Shown: piece by piece, positions 1 to 8,380 of the stretch
How the letters are laid out: the number at the start of each line of letters is the position of its first letter
How positions within the stretch are numbered: position 1 is the stretch's first letter
Assembly (NCBI GenBank): GCA_963663405.2
Contig: CAXXSM010000026.1
Location: 1 to 12,133, forward strand
Direction: 5' to 3'
Length of the DNA stretch: 12,133 bases
Source of the DNA: a bacterium
GTDB lineage: Bacteria; Hinthialibacterota; Hinthialibacteria; Hinthialibacterales; Hinthialibacteraceae
Notes under the pieces: model-generated
Databases searched by the model: none
What the model saw: only the letters and a program-made list of their open reading frames with translations
What the model was told of the DNA's origin: nothing
Translations under genes and position numbers: made by a program

Positions 1-642
1 TTGGAAATCATTCGCTCTGAGGGAATGACTCGAGTTGCAGAAATGAAATCAATGGAATTGATGATTGATTGCAAGTTATTTCACATAGTCAATCTACGCG
101 ATATTACGGATCACGTTCGATTACGAGAAGAATTACGTTATGCGTCATTGTATGATGAACTCACAGGCATATTCAATCGAAGAGGATTTCTGCTCTCAGT
201 TCAAAATTTCTTGCAGTTATCCATCCGGAAAAAATGGAACAAGCTGCTGTTTTATATGGATTGCGACCATTTAAAAAAAATCAATGACGATCTGGGCCAC
301 GAGCAGGGCGACCGAGCCTTGATCGAAATCGCAGAGATCTTAAGAGAAGTCTTTCGCGAGTCGGATATTATCGCTCGTATCGGGGGGGATGAATTTGTGG
401 CTCTTGCAATAGACACCTACGCGGATTGCGCTCAACTCTTAATGAAGCGTTTACAGAAATGCCTGCAGTCTTACAACAAAAAAGAGAATCGTCAATTTGC
501 ACTTTCATTTAGTATCGGCGTAGTGAATTATGATTACCACAATCCATGTACCATTGAGAATATGTTGGCCTCTGCAGACACAATGATGTACGAAGAGAAA
601 TGTAAAAAGAGAATGACTAGAAATGACAATACAACTGCGTAA
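1..642 (+). CDS. Diguanylate cyclase (GGDEF domain) preceded by the end of a PAS/PAC domain; 5' end lies outside the window
   Basis: LRDIT (PAC end), LYDELTGIFNRRGF, MDCDHLKKINDDLGHEQGDRAL, RESD I-site followed by IIARIGGDEF, SFSIG, ADTMMYEEK. Stop TAA at 640-642. Confidence 0.95.
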   Translation: MEIIRSEGMTRVAEMKSMELMIDCKLFHIVNLRDITDHVRLREELRYASLYDELTGIFNRRGFLLSVQNFLQLSIRKKWNKLLFYMDCDHLKKINDDLGHEQGDRALIEIAEILREVFRESDIIARIGGDEFVALAIDTYADCAQLLMKRLQKCLQSYNKKENRQFALSFSIGVVNYDYHNPCTIENMLASADTMMYEEKCKKRMTRNDNTTA

Positions 643-702
643 TACGTACTACAACAATTGAACGATATACATTATCAGTAATCATGAAAAAAGGGTATGA
701 AA

Positions 703-3556
703 ATGTCGATCGAAACAATCCGAATTTTGCTGATTGAAGATAATCCCGGAGACGCCGAACATATTGAAATAATGGTGGCCGATTCCAATCAGTTGTTCGA
801 AAGAGGACAAACCATCCAGTTATTTCACGAGAACCGGCTATCGAATGGTTTGGAACGTTTGCTCCTGGGAGGAATCGACGCAATCCTAGTGGATCTAGAA
901 TTGCCCGATAGCCAGGGATTTGATACTTTCCTCCGAGTGAAAGATAAAGCGTTAGATATACCTGATTATCGTGTTGAGTGGCAACAATGACGAATCAGTA
1001 GCAATCGAGGCAGTTAAAAATGGAGCACAGGAATACATAGTCAAAGGGCATCTTGGAATTAGCTCGCTATCTCGCGTAGTGAATTTCTCCATCGAACGAA
1101 ATCGCCTGAATCATCAGTTGAATCAAACGACTTTGGAATTGAAATCACTGAATCGCGCCTGCGTACATTGATCGAGAAAAATGCCGATGGAATTATCGTT
1201 GTGCGTGGATGGAATAATGATGTATGTTAATCCCGCTGCGGAATTGATTTTTGACAGGCCGGCGCACGAACTGATTGGTGAATCGTTCGGTTTCCCTCTC
1301 TTATCGGATAGTTATCTTGAGTTGGATATCATTCGCCCGGACAAAAAAAAATACACAGCGGAAATGCATGTAGCGGAAAGCGTGTGGGAAGGTGAGCAGG
1401 CTTATATTATCACGCTTCGCGACATCAATGAACGCAAACAAATGGAAGAAGAACAAATTTTTTATTCCAGCATACTGTCGATACTCAATCAGCCCTACCA
1501 AAGTACAAAGGCTATTGAACAAATACTTTTCTTGATTAAAGAGCACATGGGGATTGAAGCGGTTGGTATTCGTCTGCGTGAGGGAGAAGATTTCCCCTAT
1601 TATGTGACCAGTGGTTTTTCGGAGAATTTCATAAAGGCGGAAAGATATCTTTGTTCCCATGATTCCGCTGGAGAAATGATTCGTGATTCACAAGGTAATC
1701 CTTATCTCGAATGTATGTGCGGCAATATCCTCTGCGGACGAACCAATCCATCGTTGCCTTTCTTTACCAGGAATGGCAGTTTCTGGACAAACGATACTAC
1801 AGAATTGCTGGCTTCTACATCGGAGACAGAACGCCAAGCGAGAACACGAAATCGATGTAACTCCGAAGGGTATCAATCCGTCGCACTGATCCCGTTACGG
1901 TCGGGAGAGGAAATCATCGGACTTCTTCAGTTAAATGATCACCAGCCCAACAAGTTTAATTGTAAAAGCATCGAATTTTTAGATGAGGTTGGCGCCAGTA
2001 TTGGAGTCGCATTATCACGCAAGCAGAGCGAAGAGGTTATTCGCAAAAATGAAGCGCTTCATCGCATATTAATCGACTCGCTTCCTCAACATATTTTTCT
2101 AAAAAATGCTCAATATGAATTCGTATCAGTAAATAATAGTTTTTGTGATTTACTCGGTATGAAGACCGATGACATCCTGGGGAAAACAGATCATGACTTA
2201 TTCCCCAAAACTTTGGCGGATAAATACCGGGGTGACGATCAAAGAGTCTTTGAAACGGGAGAAATGCAGACGCTGATCGAAGAAAATATAGTTGGCGATA
2301 ATAAAAAATGGGTTGAGGTCGTGAAGGCGCCTATCAAGAATGCTGACGGGCTGGTTACCGGTGTTTTAGGCATCTTCTGGGATATCACCGAACGCAAAAA
2401 TCTGGAAGAACAACTTCGGCAGTCCCAGAAGATGGAAGCGATCGGCCAGTTAGCGGGGGGCATCGCCCACGATTTCAACAACCTGCTAATGGTCATCAAA
2501 GGAAACTGCTCGTTTGCATCTCAAGGATTGGATCCGGAGGATGCCCGTTTCAAGGATATTGAAGACATCAAGTTAGCTGCAGAACATGCAACCGCTCTCA
2601 CAAGACAACTTCTGGCTTTCAGCCGCAGACAGGTGCTGCAACCTGTGGTTCTTTCTATCAACGATCTTCTAGTAAATATGGACAAAATGCTTCGTCGCCT
2701 TATCGGTGAAGATATCGTTCTTGAAACCATTTCAAATCCTTCATTAGGTTTCGTCAAAGCTGATCCCGGACAGATTGAACAGATTGTTATGAATTTGGCA
2801 GTCAACGCTCGTGACGCCATGCCTAATGGAGGTAGGCTCACCTTCGAGACGGCGAATGTAACTTTTGATAAAAATTATATACACAACCACCAGGACGCGC
2901 TTCTTGGCTCCTATGTCATGTTGGCCGTGAGCGACACGGGGTGCGGCATGGATGAAAAAACCAAAGAACGCATATTTGAACCTTTCTACACGACCAAAGA
3001 GATGGGAAAAGGAACCGGTCCTGGGGCTTGCCACTATATACGGAATTGTGAAACAGAGTGAAGGTTGTATCTATGTGTATAGCGAGTTGGGAAAAGGAAC
3101 AACTTTTAAGGTATATCTGCCTCGCATAGAAGAAGGCATCGAAATCCGAAAAGAATTTCGTTCCGAAGGTTCCTTAATTGGCACGGAAACGGTTCTCCTG
3201 GTAGAAGATGACAAGGGAGTACGCCAGTCAGTCACACGGATGCTGCAAAAATATAACTATACCCTTGTAATAGCGGCTAATGCTAAGGAAGCCATAGAGA
3301 ATTATGAAAAATATGATGGAAAGATTGATTTTCTCTTGACTGATGTGGTGATGTGATGCCTGGCATTAGTGGAAGAGAACTGGCCTCTCACCTGTTATCT
3401 TTGAATCCGATGCTGAAAGTCCTCTATATGTCAGGTTACACGGACAACGCCATTCTTCACTACGGTATTTTGGATCAAGGAATCCATCTCATACAGAAAC
3501 CTTTCGACCACATAAGTTTGGCTCGAAAAATACGTCAAATATTGGATAAAAAGTAA
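703..3556 (+). CDS. Hybrid sensor histidine kinase REC-PAS-GAF-PAS-HisKA-HATPase-REC (CckA-like core, about 950 aa), broken by 5 apparent indels
   Basis: N-terminal REC: ILLIEDNPGDA, VDLELPDSQG, IIVLSG, GAQEYIVK. PAS1 read across frames: LIEKNADGIIVV..DG...YVNPAA..LRDINERK. GAF ends SVALIPLRSGEEIIGLLQLND. PAS2 ends WDITERK. H-box GGIAHDFNNLL, N-box QIVMNLAVNARDAM, G1 DTGCGM, F-box IFEPFYTTK, G2 GKGTG/LGLATIYGIV. C-terminal REC: LLVEDD, LLTDVVM/PG, MSGY, QKPF. Breaks at about 963, 1145, 1204, 3020 and 3352. AAGGG at 691-695 favours ATG 703 over ATG 697. Confidence 0.93.
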
Positions 3557-3559
3557 ATG

Positions 3560-4656
3560 ATCTCTCGGACAGTACAGCGGGAAATTCGTTCTATTGCGGA
3601 TATCGACTAATGAACGGCTGGCGTCTCCAAACATGGGATAACCGAGGTCGGGCGTGGCGATCCAGAAAATGTAGTCATACATTTTCCTCACGCGATCCTT
3701 GTAGGCCGGGGATACGTCAATACCGGCGGATTTCATCCGCCCCATAATCTCCACGGCGTCACGTAAAACTCCGGAATGATAGCCACCCGACCACTCCCGC
3801 TGCACGCCATCTTCCGTGGTTTGCGCGAGCAGGTTTTCTTCAACGCGCTGTAACGCCAACCTCATCCAACGCTTGCTATCTTGGAATTCCGGGAATGTAT
3901 AAGCAATGTTAATGAATCCACGCTGCTCGAATATGGCCTTGTTGTGCACCTGATTCATAGGAAGCAACTCGGTTTTGACTTGGTGATCGTAGAGGCTGGC
4001 TAACATAATCCCAAGAAATTCCGGCGTGAATGACTTCGCATGGACAAACGATAGGAAAACCTGACATAGGTTGGTGGCCCGGATTCCGGTCTGGATATCC
4101 AACCAGGGGAATCCCCGCCAGTAGGTATACACAGGATGAGTTTGCCGATATTTTTCCAAAGGATGTTTTGTGATCCAATCGGTCGTCAATTCAACAAAGG
4201 CTTGCGCGTATTTCTCATCCCGCGTACTTTCATAAGCGGAAGCGAGTGTCTTAGCCCAATAAAACCGGTAAATGGCGGCCACCCATTCAATATCCCCGCG
4301 CGGATCCCATTCCCAGTTCATATCTTTTCCATAATCCGCCGCATCATAAGGACCCCACTTAAATATATGGTCGACCATATCGTTGGCTTCGGCAATTATC
4401 CTCGAATTGGGATTCGGGTTATGTTGTTGGGGATTTTTTGTTCAATAATAGGTCAGTAATTCAGCAAGCGCTTCAGCAGGCCCATCTTGTTGGACAGCGC
4501 TTTTTGACCGATTCCAATCCCTTCTTGTCCAAATCTAATTTACTAAAAAGTTCCTGCGGGGGGTAATGAATGCAATTCTAAATCTATTGAGGGTGCGCAC
4601 CATCCAGCTAAAGGCAGTAAGAATATTATGTATGCGTACAATACAGACTTTCGCAT
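3560..4656 (-). pseudogene. Heparinase II/III-like (alginate-lyase-type alpha/alpha toroid) secreted lyase; N-terminal half only, C-terminally truncated, with 2 frameshifts and 1 in-frame TGA in the 5' part
   Basis: AGGAGG (4664-4669) precedes ATG 4656 and a signal peptide, MRKSVLYAYIIFLLPLAGWCA. The frame continues ELFSKLDLDKKGLESVK..ALAELLTYY*, then RFYWAKTLASAYESTRDEKYA, W.DIQTGIRA, HNKAIFE, EDGVQREWSGGYH and PDLGYPMFGDAS. No C-terminal beta-sandwich domain follows. The ORF track's stop at 3431 is antisense read-through into the kinase gene. Confidence 0.8.
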
Positions 4657-4692
4657 GATTCAACCTCCTAATACTCTTATTTTCTTGATTTA

Positions 4693-7252
4693 TCACCACA
4701 CCACCAGAGTTTGATTGATTGAAGGCGCAGTAGACGGCCACAGAATCTTCTGCCCCATCATCCAGTTCGGCCTCCAGGTAGTATTCCACTGCGCCTTGAG
4801 ATTGGACAGGCAGATTGACTCGGTAAGCCTGTCGGCTGCGATGCGCGGCGATTACCTTCTTAAACGCTCCTTCGCCCAGTGAACGCCAATACAGATTGAC
4901 TCCTGCGCTCTTACGACTGGAAAGCACGAAGGCCCTGATTTCATACGGCTCATTAGCGCTCATTTGAGAGCCTTTTGACGAAACAAAAATGCGTGAAGCC
5001 CCACAATAATTTGTGTTGATTACCGTTTCGACTGGCAATGGTTCTCCAAGAATCTCTGCAATGACGGCGTCGTGAGAGGTTGCAATGCGGGCGCGGGAAC
5101 CACTCTCGATGCTTGAGATCGTCCCCACTTCGCCTGGCGATTTCGCGCAATTCACGAAAGCTGCAATTGTGTCTTCATAGTAGCGTGCAATCTCTATCCT
5201 GAGTGGAAGGATATCTGTCCGTACAAAATTAGTTTTGTTATCGGTCTCTTGGATCGCCTTTATTTCGTTCATCTTCGATGTCAGGCGAGCCGCCATCACC
5301 CACGTTCGCACGCGCAGGTGAGTGGCGCGAATGAAATTGAGCCAATAATCAAATCGGTCCAGATTCCCGGAGCCTTTAATGCGGGAGCGCAATGATTCCA
5401 ATTCGCGCAACGGCGCAAAAAACTCGGCTATACTTGCATCAGTAGTTTTCGCCCCACCTGAAATCAACGCATTGATGCGTGTATGACCGCCGTCGAAATT
5501 TTGCAGGATTCTTCCAGCTTTCGCTCCTGCGTCGCCACCGAACAAATTACGCCCCCAATCCGCCCAGTAATCATCCATGCCGGGCATCTTGCCATCGACG
5601 GAGGAAGAGAAGGCGTTGTCGCCAAAATCCCATCCAGCCCTCGCCAGAGCCATGATATTCGGCGATATCGCCGCCGTTCGCCAATGAATCGCCAACATGC
5701 CTTCACAACCGTAGCGATACGCATCCGACGAGTTGACCAGCATACGCTCGACCCAGAGTTGTAGATCCCAACAGGTGCAACAATGAGCGCCAGCCGTGCC
5801 GTCATCCTCCGCCCAACCGATGACCCATTTGGGACGCTCTTTGATGACACCATAATGTTTTTCCACCGGATCGCCTCCAATACCGGTATTAAGAGACGAT
5901 ATCGGCCAACTTTTTGGAGCGCGCCGATCCATCCAAAGCGCGTCATCGCGAGTCCCTAGACGCCACCCGCTGATCGCAAAGTTGAAAGGAGCGTGAACCG
6001 ATTCGATCGCCGTTTCAACCAGTTTCAGGTCGCGTTCGACGTTCTCTCTCGTTGTCATTTCCCAACCTTTACAGCCCGGTTCCATTCCCAGCCAGACCTC
6101 TGGCGCCCAAAGCCAATAATAGTCAATCGGCATCTTCCGCATAATCCGAAGAAACGTTCCCTCGTACAAGCGTTCAATCACCGAAGGATCGTCCGGTTTC
6201 ATCCCTTTGGACTCCAAACGAGCGGCTAGTTCTTTCGGAACGCCGAGAGGAAGTTCGGTTCCGATCGCGGTCTTGATGCCAAGACGCCGGGCTTGAGTGA
6301 AAACGCGTTTCTGAAAATCGCCGTATCGGTTAAACATGGCAATGCCCGCTTCCCCGGTCTGGGGCCAATCCAGGCAATCTAGCATATAGTCTGGAGCGTA
6401 GTCATCGTTTTCAAACAGCAAACCCGCGCCGGAAGCATAATGACTGGTCGGAAAAGGTTTTACGGCCCAGCCGCGTCGGGTAGTCACGACGCCGGCCTCA
6501 TAACCGAATCGAACATTGCCCTGGCTATCCACATCTTCGGGCAATCCCGTCCAGACATTGGCCTCAGGTCCTGTGGAAGGGTTCCAACTCGGATAGGCGT
6601 GAAAGCCAATGAAGTTCATCCGTAATTTTGCCATTTGCGCCAAGACAGTTTGATAATCGTTTAGATTCCACCAGTCAGGTCCGACGGAAAAATCATGAAA
6701 AGGCTGAAGACCGCGTAATGCAAAACGAGGCTTACTGGTTTCGTTTAATTCAGACCAGTCGCCAGCCAACAACTCGTCAGGAATAACATCTTCATCCAGG
6801 CCGAAGCGCACTCCCAGTTTCTCGGCGAACCGGTATGCGCCATACAAAACGCCACTCTCATCTCCTCCCACGATCCACCAAATGGTATCGCCTTTCGATG
6901 GACTGGTCTTCAATGTAAATTGCTGCGGCTCCAAGTCCCGCCCCATTTCGCCGCAAAAGGATCGATTCTTAACCGACACGGCGATACGGTCGCCGCGAGT
7001 AGCTCCTTTTTGCACTTGCATCAACTTGCCCGTGCGCAAATAGACATAGCGCCTCACTTCATTAGCCGCTAACGTTTCCATGGACGAAGCATCTTGCCTG
7101 ATAGTTATGATCTCAGGTGGGCGCAGGGAAAAACGGTTGACTCGTGGAGCAGTGGCTTGCGTCAAATCCGCTAAGGATTTTAACTGCACGATACCCATGC
7201 AGATCGTTATTAAAATAAAAACCTCCGATATTTTTTTCAAATGACTCATCAT
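4693..7252 (-). CDS. Secreted glycoside-hydrolase-like protein (about 850 aa): GH67/GH20-type N-terminal domain, putative TIM-barrel catalytic region, helical region and C-terminal Ig-like domain
   Basis: Purine-rich RBS AGGAAGGA precedes ATG 7252, followed by a hydrophobic signal peptide. Motifs: ETLAANEVRRY, IVGGDESGVLYGAYRFAEKLGVRF, PRFALRGLQPFHDF, QMAKLRMNFIGFH, DYYWLWAPE, WAEDD, GMLAIHWRT. Removing one C from the run at 4753-4756 gives the ending DDGQKILWPSTAPSINQTLVVW then TGA TAA (4695-4690), just upstream of the next gene's RBS. Confidence 0.75.
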
Positions 7253-7398
7253 ATTTCCTTCCTGCATTACGGTTTCATGACGTGCATTCTGCTGTTCTTT
7301 GCAAAAATTAGATTGTAAGGAATTTACATACTATATTTCCGTCAAAGAACGATCGGGGCGATTCTGCAGCAATCCAAATCACTACGCTGTTCGATACA

Positions 7399-7659
7399 CT
7401 AGTCATCCGTCCACCTCTTATCCAGAGACGGATAGAAATCGAAATAAGAAACATGCCAGAAATGGCCCCTGTCGTATAAAGGGCGCAACCTTGGCCCGTA
7501 GCAAAAGGTCTCTTTTCGGTAACGCTTCACTTTGCCGAACTTATACTCTATCTCAACAGCCGACTTGTTGGCCCGCATACAAGCGAAGCACTGCTTCCGC
7601 CAATGTTTGATATCAAGCAAATGAGCGCCACGCCACTCAATTCGGTGGGTGGCAGACAT
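7399..7659 (-). pseudogene. Probable decayed remnant of an uncharacterised Cys-motif protein (CxxC ... ETFCYGP)
   Basis: EWRGAHLL...KQCFACMRANKSAVEIEY.FGKVKRYRKETFCYGP resembles the C-terminus of a hypothetical family I recall (RG..L....KC..C.W.....VE........YRFE.FCYGP.SC..Y). Several expected residues are altered. The same frame back to ATG 7914 has 4 stop codons, and protein-like sequence continues past the TAG at 7399 (CIEQRSD). Confidence 0.45.
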
Positions 7660-7923
7660 AGAATAATCAGATTCTCGCCAGTCTCCCAGTCATCTGTTGT
7701 CTGCAATGTTTCAAAAATCTCGATCGGCTCGATGACCTCTACATTATCCGATACGGGGATACGAATCCTTGATCAAATCGAAAATGTATTTTCTCGATCC
7801 CTGTTTTGCAAATTCGGTCGAGGAGATTTCGATCATTTTTCCGATACAGAAAATATCATCCTCTTCGGAGAAGGGATAATGAACCTATTCGATCCGTCTT
7901 CCCTCAATATTCATATTGTTTTC

Positions 7924-8148
7924 CTAGAACGAAATTGAATCGTCCCTCTGTTGGGGCCGTTCCGCATCCATGGGGATATAGGCGTCACACTCAAAAGTCT
8001 CCTCATCATCTTGGTCAAGCCGGTTCAAGTTGCACATGGGCTCTTGCGCAGAATCGTCTTTTAGTCGGCATATCACACTGAGCGAAGGCATTTTTATAAA
8101 ATCTGGATTGATACAATCACCATCATCATCAAAATATTCAAGAGACAT
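7924..8148 (-). CDS. Small acidic hypothetical protein (74 aa), putative Cys metal-binding
   Basis: Strong RBS GGAGAAGGA precedes ATG 8148. The sequence MSLEYFDDDGDCINPDFIKMPSLSVICRLKDDSAQEPMCNLNRLDQDDEETFECDAY fits a recalled small-protein pattern F.DDG..INP.L...P.LC..C...D......C.L.R.DQ.....F.C.AY. Confidence 0.75.
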   Translation of the reverse strand: MSLEYFDDDGDCINPDFIKMPSLSVICRLKDDSAQEPMCNLNRLDQDDEETFECDAYIPMDAERPQQRDDSISF

Positions 8149-8282
8149 AATTCCTTCTCCATACGTTTCAGAAAATCTACTATTGGATTTAGAATAGACC
8201 AATCTGCTGATTTTGAAAATCTTTTCGGGAATTGTCGGCTACATGCTCAGTTAAATCCAGGGTCAGATCGAACGTTTCACAT

Positions 8283-8312
8283 ATTATAATGATTGCCGAA
8301 TAGGTTTGTCAG
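8283..8312 (-). promoter_or_regulatory. Putative sigma70 promoter
   Basis: On the - strand: CTGACA (8312-8307), an 18-bp spacer, then TATAAT (8288-8283). It lies in the intergenic region upstream of the small gene starting at 8148. Confidence 0.55.
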
Positions 8313-8380
8313 ATCACGAAAAGACTCATCTGCGCTTTTTATCTGCTGTTTTGTTTTTTTTACGAATCTTTTGTTCAGGT

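Noticed and set aside
3431-3556. Apparent 126-nt antisense overlap of the lyase ORF with the kinase gene
   Set aside because: The tail (HLLFIQYLTYFSSQ...) is simply the reverse complement of a conserved receiver domain, so it is read-through after truncation.
697-3556. Five separate signalling genes, or programmed frameshifting
   Set aside because: The breaks fall inside conserved motifs (G2 box, DVVMPG), no consistent slippery sequence is present, and similar indels occur throughout the window.
4442-4444. TGA recoding (genetic code 4/25 or selenocysteine)
   Set aside because: It is a single case at a probable Arg position. Long ORFs elsewhere have no internal TGA, and TGA appears to act as a stop at 4695-4693.
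4535-4692. C-terminal extension of the 910-aa ORF
   Set aside because: It results from an extra base at about 4755. The region actually holds the RBS and signal peptide of the next gene.
7310-7345. Promoter for the GH-like gene (TTGACG ... TACAAT on the - strand)
   Set aside because: The spacer is 22 bp, too long for sigma70.
7299-8081. + strand ORFs 7299-7610, 7603-7938 and 7806-8081
   Set aside because: They have no RBS or recognisable motifs and are antisense to better-supported - strand frames.
8149-8275. Riboswitch or ncRNA in the leader of the small gene
   Set aside because: Only short weak hairpins are present (GAAAA-GA-TTTTC, ATTGG...CCAAT), with no recognisable aptamer. An Rfam search would be needed to exclude it.
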